The notes under the pieces were generated by a model. That model saw only the letters and a list, made by a program, of their open reading frames with translations. It was not told the DNA's origin and searched no databases. From an uncultured Candidatus Saccharibacteria bacterium (GTDB taxonomy: Bacteria > Patescibacteriota > Doudnabacteria > UBA920): a stretch of DNA of 64,000 bases. Position numbers and translations under genes: made by a program. The stretch is from the NCBI GenBank assembly GCA_964532425.1, contig CAZHIA010000004.1:19740-83739 (forward strand), in the 5' to 3' direction. This document shows, piece by piece, positions 9,320 through 18,635 of this stretch (position 1 is its first letter; every line of letters starts with the position of its first letter).

Positions 9320-9721
9320 CTACTTCCTCATACTTCCCAGCATCTCTTCCTCAAAATGGAGCAGGAACTGGATCGGATCCGGGGTGCTGCCAAACAAGAT
9401 GTGGTCAACACTGCTGCGCTGGCCGCGGTCCTTCATGCTTTCCACGCCCTTCTCCTGAAACCAATCCTTCCATAATAGACTAAACTGCCGGTACCCCTCT
9501 GACCCCTCTTCGCCGAACCGCTCATAGATTATCTGGTATTTCGTCGTATCACAGATATTGATGAACTCGCTTTTTTCATCCAAAGTCAAATACCCATGCT
9601 TCTGCAAAGCATCTTTTAATTCCTGAATGCGTGGCGAGGTATACACAGCTTGGCAGATTTCCCTGCCAAGCTGTGTCCATTCGGCATCGAATTTTTCAAA
9701 ATCTAGAGATCTTTCAGTCAT
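9320..9721 (-). CDS. Hypothetical protein (133 aa) between rpsO and pnp
   Basis: ORF co-oriented with its neighbours, plausible composition. Confidence 0.65.
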   Translation of the reverse strand: MTERSLDFEKFDAEWTQLGREICQAVYTSPRIQELKDALQKHGYLTLDEKSEFINICDTTKYQIIYERFGEEGSEGYRQFSLLWKDWFQEKGVESMKDRGQRSSVDHILFGSTPDPIQFLLHFEEEMLGSMRK

Positions 9722-9786
9722 GAATCAACTGGGGGTCAGTAAAAAATCTTTCTGATATTTCCTGAATATCGGATTCGTATGCGGAG

Positions 9787-10065
9787 CTATTTATTATCCG
9801 CTATTTTTATCTTCAATTTCTCAGCAATCTTTTCCCAGCGCTTCTGGTCTTCGTTCTTGAGGTAGCGAAGCAACCGGCGGCGATTACCGACCATTTTCAA
9901 CAAACCGCGGCGGGAATGGTTATCCTTACGGTGAACCTTCAGATGCTCGGAAACCTGTTCGATTTCCTTGGTCAGGATCGCGATTTGGACTTCCGGGCTG
10001 CCGGTATCGTCCTTATGGATCTGGTACTTCTTAATGAGAGCAAGCTTCTCTTTGTTCGAGAGCAT
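9787..10065 (-). CDS. rpsO: 30S ribosomal protein S15
   Basis: [13 protein letters not shown]...[29 protein letters not shown]. Confidence 0.98.
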   Translation of the reverse strand: MLSNKEKLALIKKYQIHKDDTGSPEVQIAILTKEIEQVSEHLKVHRKDNHSRRGLLKMVGNRRRLLRYLKNEDQKRWEKIAEKLKIKIADNK

Positions 10066-10375
10066 GACTTTTTCCTTCTGCACGTCAATGGTAGCCCTGA
10101 AGCTTTATAGAACCACTGCGTGGATTAATTAAATCCCTGATAAACATCCACAGGATATTTATTCAAAGTAAAAATATTATACAGTATTTGAGAGATTGAT
10201 GCAAATTTTGCCACCCTGTCAAAGTAGTCTTCAGCCATGCGGCCTGGTGGCTAAAACCCTCCTTTAACGCCCCGTTCTTGACCCCATTCATCATCTTCCA
10301 TACACTAGAGGGTCATTCCTGCTGTGCAAGATGACAAAAAACATCTGGAAAACCGTGTTTTCCTGAGGAGGATAT

Positions 10376-10777
10376 ATGAACACAATGTTGATCAAATTGG
10401 CTGAACTCACTTCGGCCCAGTACATCGCTTTGGTACGGTTCCTTGAAAGTGAGAAAAACAAACTCTCTCTTCCGGAATTTGCCAAGGAGCGATTCCGTTT
10501 TCAACAAGGCAGCAGCATCACCATCCCGTTCGCCGAGCTCGTAGGGGTGTCAACAAAACTGGACCAGGGTAAAATCCTGACCAACGTTGCCCTCAAGGCC
10601 GTGATCAACGCCAGGGCTGACAACTCGCCCCGCCGCACGAATCCCAACGCCGACTACGGAGCAGACCCAGATACTTCTTGTATTTCCGTATCGGGCCAAG
10701 ACAAGCTGAACGAAATGTTTGATGCTATGCAGCTCTACTTATCCGATGCTATACAGCTCTGCTCGGCACAGAGATGA
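10376..10777 (+). CDS. Hypothetical ORFan
   Basis: 133 aa, SD gaggagg, downstream hairpin. Confidence 0.6.
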   Translation: MNTMLIKLAELTSAQYIALVRFLESEKNKLSLPEFAKERFRFQQGSSITIPFAELVGVSTKLDQGKILTNVALKAVINARADNSPRRTNPNADYGADPDTSCISVSGQDKLNEMFDAMQLYLSDAIQLCSAQR

Positions 10778-10879
10778 AAAGACGGTCCATGGAGCATGCC
10801 TGATCACCGCAAGGTCCTGCTGGCAAACTGAACCTGCCCACCCCGGACGCACATCGCGCGTCCGGCTTTTATTTTGCTG

Positions 10880-11692
10880 TCAAAAGGCGCTTTTGGCACT
10901 GACAATGTATTGAATAAAATCCTTCGCTACATTATATCCCGTCAGTTGCTCGAAGGACTGAAATCCCGGCCAGCGGTTAATCTCCACTATATAAAACTTA
11001 CCGCCGGACTCTAAAATATCCACTTTAGCCAGCTCGCGACAGGTCGCCCGGGCTGCGGATTCCGCGATCTGTACCAGTTCCGGCAGCTCCGCGGAAGATA
11101 TCGTCTGGGCGGTAGCAAAATTCGGGCGCCCCGTCTTAGGGTGAGGCGCAAATCGCAGCACGACCGGCAGACTTTTGTATCCGACCGTGATGACTTTATA
11201 CTCAAATTCCACTGGCACATATTGTTGGACCAACAGTTCTGAAGTTGGGTGCTTGTGCATAGCTTTCTGCAGGCCTGCATCATCCTTTACAAGAAACACG
11301 TCCCGACCCTTCATCCCAAAATCCCATTTTACAACATAGGGATATTTTAGAGAGGTCTGTCCCAACCGGAAGGTTTGCGGGACCGGAAGTCCGGCTATCA
11401 AAGCTTTAACCAATGGCCCAAACTTATCATGGTCCACATCTCCATCTACCATGGTGGCATCTACAACTTTTTTCCCGGCTTTAACGAATTGCCGGGCCAG
11501 GGCAGTGGCCTCGTCCAGGTAAGGGTAAGGAAAACGGATATAGAGGGCTTCATAGTCTGCTACATCGATAGGTAATACGTCTTGTACCATTTGCCGCATA
11601 GATGCGGTCTTGGCGGATATTCCCAAAGCTGCCGTTTCCTCGATTAAACGCTTGGTGGAGTATACGCCCTGTGGAGAAATAAGAAGAATCAT
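10880..11692 (-). CDS. RimK-family ATP-grasp ligase
   Basis: YSTKRLIEE, GLPVPQT, YPYVVKWDFGMKGRDVFLV, LVQQYVP, AKVDIL, IVEINRWPGF. Confidence 0.85.
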   Translation of the reverse strand: MILLISPQGVYSTKRLIEETAALGISAKTASMRQMVQDVLPIDVADYEALYIRFPYPYLDEATALARQFVKAGKKVVDATMVDGDVDHDKFGPLVKALIAGLPVPQTFRLGQTSLKYPYVVKWDFGMKGRDVFLVKDDAGLQKAMHKHPTSELLVQQYVPVEFEYKVITVGYKSLPVVLRFAPHPKTGRPNFATAQTISSAELPELVQIAESAARATCRELAKVDILESGGKFYIVEINRWPGFQSFEQLTGYNVAKDFIQYIVSAKSAF

Positions 11693-12002
11693 ACTTTACC
11701 CATGCACCAAAAATTATGATTTAGGATAACAATTGCTGGGGTGCCGGCTTTTAATGCTAAGCTTGTCAGTTATTCACAGTATTTGGTGCGCGGGTATACC
11801 AATTGTAGCGAAAATAGGCGTATAATACTAATTGAGATGCGTTGTGCGACAACATATCGTCGTACAATATTATGCGGATGCGACATATGCGGCGCACAAC
11901 AAAATCCATTTAAAAGATTGAGCATGATTTAAACGATTTAAAAGAATATGGACCCATGTTCTTTTAAATTTTGTCATTCATGTCAATCTTGTCAACAATA
12001 AT

Positions 12003-13043
12003 ATGCTTCGAAACAAAAACACCGCCAAACAACCACCATTGAGCGAAAATAAAAAAACCCGCCCCCTCACCCCATTACAGCGTTATATTATTGAATTTCT
12101 TGAATATTGTGAGATCGGCAAAAACCAAAGCCGGCGGACCGTGGCCAATTACCACCACTACCTGGGACGCTTTGACGGTTTTGCCGAAATGCAGGGCGTC
12201 CACAAGCCTGACCAGATCACCCTGGAATTGGTCCGGAAATACCGGCTCTATTTGAACCGTTTCGAAGAACGGGACGGCCAGCCTTTAAAGCTCATTACCC
12301 AAAACTACCATCTGATCGCGCTACGGGCATTTCTGAAATATCTGACGAAGCAGGATGTTCAAACTCTGGCTCCCGAAAAAATAGAGCTGCCAAAGAATCC
12401 TATGCGCCAAGTCGAATTCCTGGAAGAAGAAGAGCTCCAGCGGCTCATTGACGCCACGGACAAAGAACCGAGCGAATTGCTCCGGGTGCGCGATCGCGCG
12501 GTAATGGAAACGCTGTTCTCGACCGGTTTGCGCGTTTCCGAGCTGTGTAGCCTGCGCCGCGACAACATTAACTTGGACCGCGGCGAATTTACCGTGCGCG
12601 GCAAAGGTAGCAAGTTGAGGGTCGTTTTCTTGTCTGATGAGGCAACGGCTGCCATCAAACAGTACCTGGCTAAACGGCCGGATAACAACAAGGCCTTGTT
12701 CGTCGGTCATTCGACCATTGGCAACTCGATCGAGATGGAAATAGAATCCCAAGGGTTCAAGTCTGGCAAAAGCGAACCAGTAGCCGAAATACAGGGGCTC
12801 ACGCCGCGCAGCGTGCAGCGCATTATAAAAAAATACTGCCGGATTGCCGGCATTGTGAAAAAAGTTTCGCCGCACACGCTGCGGCATTCATTCGCGACCG
12901 ATCTCTTGCAAAACGGCGCGGATATCCGTTCGGTCCAGACCATGCTGGGACATGCCAGCATTACCACGACGCAAATTTATACGCATATTACCAACCAGGG
13001 ATTACGTGAGATACACAGGAAATTTCATAATAAAAAAGAATGA
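12003..13043 (+). CDS. XerC/XerD-family tyrosine recombinase
   Basis: N-terminal SAM-like domain, STGLRVSEL, VRGKGSK, HTLRHSFATDLL, LGHASITTTQIYTH. Confidence 0.93.
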   Translation: MLRNKNTAKQPPLSENKKTRPLTPLQRYIIEFLEYCEIGKNQSRRTVANYHHYLGRFDGFAEMQGVHKPDQITLELVRKYRLYLNRFEERDGQPLKLITQNYHLIALRAFLKYLTKQDVQTLAPEKIELPKNPMRQVEFLEEEELQRLIDATDKEPSELLRVRDRAVMETLFSTGLRVSELCSLRRDNINLDRGEFTVRGKGSKLRVVFLSDEATAAIKQYLAKRPDNNKALFVGHSTIGNSIEMEIESQGFKSGKSEPVAEIQGLTPRSVQRIIKKYCRIAGIVKKVSPHTLRHSFATDLLQNGADIRSVQTMLGHASITTTQIYTHITNQGLREIHRKFHNKKE

Positions 13044-13047
13044 GCAT

Positions 13048-13148
13048 AAAATTTCAAATTCCAAATTTCAAATGTCAAATCAATTTCAAATTTGGAAATT
13101 CTGACATTAGGGTTTGATTTGAAATTTGTCATTTGATATTAGTCATTT
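13048..13148. repeat. AT-rich degenerate tandem/inverted repeat (tttcaaat units)
   Basis: aatttcaaattccaaatttcaaatgtcaaat ... atttgaaatttgtcatttg. Confidence 0.65.
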
Positions 13149-13151
13149 ACC

Positions 13152-13186
13152 TTAAAAGCCCCGTCGTTTCCGATCGGGGCTTTTAA
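13152..13186. terminator. Bidirectional terminator
   Basis: ttaaaagccccg...cggggcttttaa between convergent genes. Confidence 0.65.
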
Positions 13187-13242
13187 GATGCACGTGCGTC
13201 AGTCATTTCCGCAATTTTAATAATCTTGTGCAAGGAGTTCGG

Positions 13243-13419
13243 CTAGATATACCAGCGAAGTTCGCTCATGCTTCGCATGGCTTCTTCCATGTCGACCTGA
13301 TACTCGCGCTCGGTCTCTTTTGTGTACTCGGTGAGCGGTGTCTGGCAATACGGGCAAACGCCTAGTTTTTCCCGGCTAAAGCCGCATCCGTCACACATGT
13401 ACATATGGAAGTTTTTCAT
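13243..13419 (-). CDS. Small zinc-ribbon-like protein (58 aa, below ORF-track cutoff)
   Basis: MKNFHMYMCDGCGFSREKLGVCPYCQTPLTEYTKETEREYQVDMEEAMRSMSELRWYI; very strong SD AAGGGAGGTGATCA. Confidence 0.75.
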   Translation of the reverse strand: MKNFHMYMCDGCGFSREKLGVCPYCQTPLTEYTKETEREYQVDMEEAMRSMSELRWYI

Positions 13420-13725
13420 ATTTGATCACCTCCCTTATGGGAGCCGTCGTTTCCGGCGCCATACCGGAAGCACACGGCATTATTTGGTGATTACACGCTG
13501 GGTGTTTGCTGAAAACTCCTTTCGTTTTTTGTGTGATACCTGTGTCGTGTACAGGCCTTTCTACTTACGGTGTATTCCCGAAAAAATGTTCTGTCAAGAT
13601 CGTTTTTTTGCTAATAAAGTGGATAACTCAAATTCAACTTGTCTTTATACGATATTTTGAGCATGCGGTTTGTCTAAACGGTTTGGAATACGAATGAGAG
13701 AAATGATAACCGACTAGAACATGAA

Positions 13726-13862
13726 ACCTGAATCAAAAAACTAACCTGCTTATTTGAGTGTAGCGTGCCCATTTATGGGCCGAGAAGGCTTAAGTGGCCG
13801 ATAAATCGGCACGCTGCAAAACCTATGAAATCTCTAACATTTCCGAGTTTTTTGATTCAGGT
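13726..13862. repeat. 17-bp inverted repeat enclosing a GTAG REP doublet
   Basis: acctgaatcaaaaaact ... agttttttgattcaggt around gtagcgtgcccatttatgggc...gccgataaatcggcacgctgc. Confidence 0.75.
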
Positions 13863-13871
13863 CATGAACTA

Positions 13872-13900
13872 TTGACAAAAGTATTTTGATGTGCTATAAT
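13872..13900 (+). promoter_or_regulatory. Consensus sigma70 promoter
   Basis: TTGACA-17 bp-TATAAT with TG extension. Confidence 0.85.
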
Positions 13901-13966
13901 AATTGGATTTTCCTTAGATTTCTCAGTAATTTTCAGCAACTCAGCACATTACACAGGAGGTGTAAT

Positions 13967-14227
13967 ATGAACGGAAACGATAGCAGCACGCTCGAAGCCC
14001 GACCTACCCACCGGGAGGTCGTCGCCTTCTTTTGTCCGAAAGAGCCGGGGTACCGGTTCAGAACAAAAGAGGGTCTGGAATTTCAGGTAGAAAAAAAGCT
14101 GACACCGGCGGAAGCAAAGCAAGCCGACAGGCAGCTATATGATCAAATTGAGCGCAACTTCCGGAGCGTCGACATGTTATACTGGTTGGAATGCCAGCTG
14201 GTCAATCCCAACCAGAACCCTCAGTAA
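13967..14227 (+). CDS. Hypothetical ORFan (86 aa)
   Basis: SD aggagg before ATG at 13967; own promoter and downstream hairpin. Confidence 0.65.
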   Translation: MNGNDSSTLEARPTHREVVAFFCPKEPGYRFRTKEGLEFQVEKKLTPAEAKQADRQLYDQIERNFRSVDMLYWLECQLVNPNQNPQ

Positions 14228-14324
14228 TGTCTGACGCGCGGCCTTCTTGGCGCGGCATCAACGATGCCGCGCCTTTCTCTTTTCATAACAGCCGATATTT
14301 GTTAGAATGTACATGGTCTCATAT

Positions 14325-14402
14325 GACCCCGTAGCTCAGTTGGATTAGAGCGAGAGCCTTCTAAGCTCTAGGTCGCAGGTTCGATCCCTGCCGGGGTCAC
14401 CA
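14325..14402 (+). tRNA. tRNA-Arg (anticodon UCU)
   Basis: Cloverleaf: GACCCCG/CGGGGTC acceptor stem, AGAGC-CTTCTAA-GCTCT anticodon arm, GGTTCGA T-arm, encoded CCA. Confidence 0.97.
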
Positions 14403-14530
14403 CGTACCAGTCGCGAACCGTTTAGGTTCGAGAATGGTACGTGCCGTGTACCCGAGTCAATTTATTGACGAGTGGTTCACGGCTTACATGGTTCGCTCCG
14501 GTACGTGGCGCAGCCATATCTCCGAATTTT

Positions 14531-14561
14531 AAATACCGCCACCGAAAGGTGGCGGTATTTT
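14531..14561. terminator. Bidirectional terminator
   Basis: aaataccgccacc-gaaa-ggtggcggtattt. Confidence 0.75.
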
Positions 14562-14564
14562 CAT

Positions 14565-15737
14565 TTACTGCTGCGGGGAGGTATCTGGGTATAACAGTAG
14601 ATCCTGATCGCTGACAAAGGTAATATTGGTTTGAGTCGGGCTGACCCTGGCTAGAACGGTAGCATTCGGTATAGCGCTCTTGCGGCCGCTATTCGTAACA
14701 AGATAGACGGTTTCTCCGCTGCCGCGGATTAAGCTTCCGTCAGGCGCGGTCATGTACATTGGACTGATCGATTGGCTGTTCAGTTGACTCTGAGAGATCA
14801 TTTGGATTTGAGACCACTGATAGCCGCGAGCCAAAAAGATCTGCGCGGAAGTAAATGGCACGAGGACATTATTCCGAACCAGATAGACCGTCGGGTTGCC
14901 GCCAACCTGCACCAGCGAGCCGCTTATAAGCGGTGACGTCGAAGCAGTTGATCCTGGTATTGTGCCGGTCCCCGTACCTGGACTGGTAATCGTGAACGGC
15001 AGTGAATTGCTGGTACCGCTGGCAGCTGCCAAAGAAACCTGGTAGGTACCCGGGGTCAGCAAAGCTGCAAAATACGGACACGCTCCGGTACTCCATGGCG
15101 CACATGGGTTGATACTGCTTGGGATCGCAAATTGCAACACTGTTCCGGCAGTCGCTGAACTGACCGCTCCGCTAATATAACCAGGTCCAAACTGGACCGA
15201 GGTGCTCGACGAGAACCCGGAACCGCTAACCGTTACCACCGTACCCACCGGCCCTGAAGTTGGCGTGAGGCTGATGATAGAAAGTGCGGTCGAAGTCGCC
15301 CCGGCTGCCTGCGGTCCGGTCAGCGTGAATGGGCTGCTCGTGGCAAGCACTGAACCGGAACTTGCGTTGGCGAATGTCAGCGTATATTGCCCGGCCGGCA
15401 CAGTCCCACTGCCAGCCGTACTGCCGGCCATCCAGGTATAAATGCCGTTATTAGGGACGCTGGTTGCAACCGTATACACAGTCGTTGTCGCTGCCGGGCA
15501 GTTGGTGGCGCAGTACGGTACCAGAGACAGGCTCAGCAGCGTACTCGAAGAAGAAGTCGGGCTGTACCAGATAAAACTTTGACTGCTGCCCAAGTTCCAC
15601 TGTTCGCCTCCGCCCGGAGTGAGTATTTGCAAAACAGGCGCTGTGGTCGTTTGCGCCATTGCAAGACTATGGCCCCATAGCCAAGACGCGCCCACCAAGC
15701 CTATGGCGGCAAGGACAAATAAAACTTTTATTTTCAT
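14565..15737 (-). CDS. Secreted Ser/Thr-rich surface protein with IPT/TIG-like domain and C-terminal GxLV...PTVYLV repeats
   Basis: Signal peptide; PGGGEQW...NNGIYTW Ig-like domain; SLTPTSGPVGTVVTVSGSGF (IPT/TIG); two terminal repeats. Confidence 0.75.
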   Translation of the reverse strand: MKIKVLFVLAAIGLVGASWLWGHSLAMAQTTTAPVLQILTPGGGEQWNLGSSQSFIWYSPTSSSSTLLSLSLVPYCATNCPAATTTVYTVATSVPNNGIYTWMAGSTAGSGTVPAGQYTLTFANASSGSVLATSSPFTLTGPQAAGATSTALSIISLTPTSGPVGTVVTVSGSGFSSSTSVQFGPGYISGAVSSATAGTVLQFAIPSSINPCAPWSTGACPYFAALLTPGTYQVSLAAASGTSNSLPFTITSPGTGTGTIPGSTASTSPLISGSLVQVGGNPTVYLVRNNVLVPFTSAQIFLARGYQWSQIQMISQSQLNSQSISPMYMTAPDGSLIRGSGETVYLVTNSGRKSAIPNATVLARVSPTQTNITFVSDQDLLLYPDTSPQQ

Positions 15738-15805
15738 ATAGTTCGCACTATGGCGGTTAATGAATAGCTACCTGAATTGACGCATGAATATGGCAAGTAT
15801 TACTT

Positions 15806-15847
15806 ATCAAAAAACTTTCATACTCTGTAGTATGAAAGTTTTTTGAT
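15806..15847. repeat. AT-rich palindrome (CAAAAAACT family)
   Basis: atcaaaaaactttcatact-ctgt-agtatgaaagttttttgat. Confidence 0.7.
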
Positions 15848-15865
15848 CATATATATGAAAACCTT

Positions 15866-16471
15866 TTAAACTACCGGCTGGCTCCAGTCACCGCTGTTAT
15901 GGCGGTTACGCCCGTTGGTGTGCCAATCATGGACATTGGTTTCCATAATTTCCGTGAACAGCTTTTTGCCCGATTCAGTATAAAAGCGCGGCAGCACGTT
16001 ATCCTCACGCATGGGATGCAGTTCTTTTTCCAACGCAATACCATTGGCGGCCTGTTCATGCAGCTCCAAATCCACATCCAGCGTGTCCGCGTCTTTGACA
16101 ATCCTAGCTTCTTTGGACTCGCGCTTTTCGTATTCTTCCCAGATCTCCATCATTTCATCCTGCACTGAGGTGCCCTTAAGCATGTCTTCAATAGCCAGCC
16201 GTTCGTTGCGCGTAGTGTAGAGGCGCGACACATAATGCACGTCGCCGGTGCGACTTTCGGTAATGTCATGGATCAAGGCCATTTTAGCGATCTTGCCGGT
16301 ATCCAAATCCCCGCCCTCCATTTTAGCCAGTACGAGCGCTATCCAGGTCAAACGAAAAGTATGTTCGGCCACGTTGGCAAAATTCGTGCCGAGCATCTGC
16401 TTCCACGTCCGGGCTATGTTCCGAATACAGCCCATCTCGTATAAAAATTCAAAGTCGCGCTGTATGCTCAT
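15866..16471 (-). CDS. HD-domain hydrolase (YfbR/HDDC2-like 5'-deoxynucleotidase)
   Basis: NVAEHTFR, ALIHDITESRTGD, VKDADTLD. Confidence 0.88.
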   Translation of the reverse strand: MSIQRDFEFLYEMGCIRNIARTWKQMLGTNFANVAEHTFRLTWIALVLAKMEGGDLDTGKIAKMALIHDITESRTGDVHYVSRLYTTRNERLAIEDMLKGTSVQDEMMEIWEEYEKRESKEARIVKDADTLDVDLELHEQAANGIALEKELHPMREDNVLPRFYTESGKKLFTEIMETNVHDWHTNGRNRHNSGDWSQPVV

Positions 16472-16559
16472 ACGGGATAAAATAATTATCTGAGCTCATC
16501 ATATACTATGACGATTCTTCGTTCAAATGCACATACCGGGCCAATAATGCATCAGCAAT

Positions 16560-16587
16560 GTAGGGAACGGTCTAGACCGTTCCCTAC
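16560..16587. repeat. GTAG-type REP, 28-bp perfect palindrome
   Basis: gtagggaacggtctagaccgttccctac. Confidence 0.85.
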
Positions 16588-16648
16588 GGAAACAAACAAC
16601 CTGCCAAAGCGTAGCCTATTTCATGCCATAAAAAAATCCCACCCTTTC

Positions 16649-16725
16649 TGGTGATCGCGGCAGGAGTCGAACCTGCGACCTTCAGCTCCGCAAGCTGACG
16701 CTCTATCCAACTGAGCTACGCGACC
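16649..16725 (-). tRNA. tRNA-Arg (anticodon GCG)
   Basis: Reverse complement GGTCGCGTAGCTCAGTTGGATAGAGCGTCAGCTTGCGGAGCTGAAGGTCGCAGGTTCGACTCCTGCCGCGATCACCA; anticodon loop TTGCGGA. Confidence 0.96.
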
Positions 16726-16814
16726 ACAAGAAAAAATAGGAATTTTGGTACAGCTTTTGTATTTTAGCATAAACCAGTAGCTTTTTCAAGCCTTTTTCGG
16801 TATACTAAAACATA

Positions 16815-16973
16815 AGGACTTACGCGCTTGACCAAGTACGAGACAAAACGCGAGGATTGGCCGAGGCGTAGTCCACTACGGTGAGGCCGACCGGAGCGTT
16901 TTAACGAAGTAATTGGTCAAGCCCCTTGCGGGTTTCGCCCTGCATTTTGTGCCGGGCGAAACGCATAAGTCCT
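16815..16973. mobile_element. MITE-like element
   Basis: Terminal inverted repeats aggacttacgc / gcataagtcct around nested hairpins (gcttgaccaa...ttggtcaagc); no transposase. Confidence 0.6.
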
Positions 16974-16982
16974 ATCAAAATT

Positions 16983-17669
16983 ATGGAAGAACGCGTACAA
17001 AAATATATCAGTCAGCAGGGAGTGGCCAGCCGAAGAAAAGCCGAAGATTTCATCAAGTCCGGCCAGGTCTTTATTAATGGTAAAAAAGCCCGCCTGGGTG
17101 ATAAAATCGACCCGGAGAAGGACGAAATCAAGGTTTACGGGAAAATCATCAAGCCGTCATTCAAACCCGTCTATATCGCACTCAATAAGCCCAAAGGCTA
17201 TGTGGTAACCAAGAAGGACCCCTACGGACGCAAAACCGTGTTTTCACTGCTCCCGGACGACCTGCGCAGCAAGGTCTGGAATGTCGGCCGCCTCGACCAC
17301 GATACTGAAGGATTGATCATTTTGACCAATGATGGGGAACTGACGCAGCAACTCGCCCATCCCCGATATGAGCATGACAAGGAATATGAAGTCGCAACCC
17401 AGGAAGAACCAACCGACCACCAGCTTGAACTGCTGCGTGAAGGCGTGGAAATAGCCACCGGCATGACCTATCCGGCCAAAGTAAAAACGAGAAGCAATAA
17501 AATCTATATTATTATTCACGAAGGCAAGAAGCGGCAGGTGCGCCGCATGTTCTCCGCGGTCGGCCTGACCGTGACCAATCTCAAGCGCATCCGGATCAAC
17601 AAACTTACCCTGCCGAAAGACTTGTTGCTCGGGCAGTACCGATTGATCAAAAAAGAAGAAATTCTTTGA
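16983..17669 (+). CDS. rluB: rRNA pseudouridine synthase, RsuA/RluB family
   Basis: S4 domain ERVQKYI...SRRKAE, LNKPKGYV, VGRLDHDTEGL, HPRYEHDKEY, EGKKRQVRRM. Confidence 0.9.
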   Translation: MEERVQKYISQQGVASRRKAEDFIKSGQVFINGKKARLGDKIDPEKDEIKVYGKIIKPSFKPVYIALNKPKGYVVTKKDPYGRKTVFSLLPDDLRSKVWNVGRLDHDTEGLIILTNDGELTQQLAHPRYEHDKEYEVATQEEPTDHQLELLREGVEIATGMTYPAKVKTRSNKIYIIIHEGKKRQVRRMFSAVGLTVTNLKRIRINKLTLPKDLLLGQYRLIKKEEIL

Positions 17670-17711
17670 TTGAACAAAATTGACCAACATTGTTCAAGGC
17701 TGATCAAGAAT

Positions 17712-18554
17712 ATGGAATCTAAAACTCGCTCCGGAAAAAAAATTATATTGGCAGCTATTACACTGGCAATAACAGTTACTGTTATTGCCGTGTTTTATTT
17801 CAGACCGACAAAGATAGCGGAAGAGATTATCCCGCCTCGTAAATCACCACCTCAACTATCAACCACCGACAGCACCGCCTCCCCCACTTCATTTTCCCAA
17901 ACAAACGACCAAAATCTGACCCAGTCAAAAGGCGGGGTCACCCAGTCGAATGACCGGGCGCAATCCGAAATCTTATTGAAGGCTCCCTTCACTCCCCAGG
18001 CCCCTACTGCCAACTGGGACCAACTGCACAACGAAGCGTGCGAGGAAGCCGCGGCTATTATGGCGGACGCTTACTTTAATAACAATAACGATAATAATAA
18101 CAATAATAGGAGCACGCTGGATCCAAAACGAGTGGAAGCGGAGATAGCAAAATTGACCCAGTGGCAAGACGAACACTTCGGGTACCACCTGGACACCACT
18201 TCCGCGGAAACCGCGGAAATGATAGAGAAGGTCTACGGCCTTCATACCAAGCTCATCACAGATTTTTCCGAAGATGATATCAAAGCCGAATTGAACCAAG
18301 ACCACCTCGTCATCATTTCCGAAAATGGCCGATTGTTGGGAAATCCTAATTACAAACGCCCGGGCCCCATTCACCACATGCTGCTGGTAAAAGGATATAC
18401 GACCGCACAACTGGTCACCAACGACCCCGGAACCAGGAAGGGCCTTAGTTATCCTTATGACTTTTCCACGATCTATACGGCAGCTGCCGATTGGAGCCAT
18501 GCGGCAGGCAGCGTGGACAGCGGCAAAAAGATTGCCATTGTCGTATGGGAATAA
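17712..18554 (+). CDS. Membrane-anchored C39-like cysteine peptidase
   Basis: N-terminal TM segment, PFTPQAP, ACEEAA (Cys), HML..KGY (His), NDP (Asp); contains an Asn tract. Confidence 0.8.
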   Translation: MESKTRSGKKIILAAITLAITVTVIAVFYFRPTKIAEEIIPPRKSPPQLSTTDSTASPTSFSQTNDQNLTQSKGGVTQSNDRAQSEILLKAPFTPQAPTANWDQLHNEACEEAAAIMADAYFNNNNDNNNNNRSTLDPKRVEAEIAKLTQWQDEHFGYHLDTTSAETAEMIEKVYGLHTKLITDFSEDDIKAELNQDHLVIISENGRLLGNPNYKRPGPIHHMLLVKGYTTAQLVTNDPGTRKGLSYPYDFSTIYTAAADWSHAAGSVDSGKKIAIVVWE

Positions 18555-18635
18555 AGTGCTCAAGCAATTACAATATAAAAACCCGCCCAGTCGACTGACA
18601 AGGCGGGTTTGTCGCATCGGCACCTGTACGCCGAA

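Noticed and set aside
12003-13043. Integron integrase or prophage integrase
   Set aside because: The extra loop lies after the LF patch and lacks the IntI-specific motif. No attC array or phage genes are adjacent, and the protein looks like a chromosomal Xer.
11770-13630. Replication origin from DnaA-box-like 9-mers (11770, about 13619; also 38829)
   Set aside because: The boxes are isolated, with no cluster and no dnaA/dnaN nearby.
14325-16725. Invertible segment bounded by two convergent tRNA-Arg genes
   Set aside because: Similarity is limited to normal isoacceptor conservation; there is no evidence of inversion in a single sequence.
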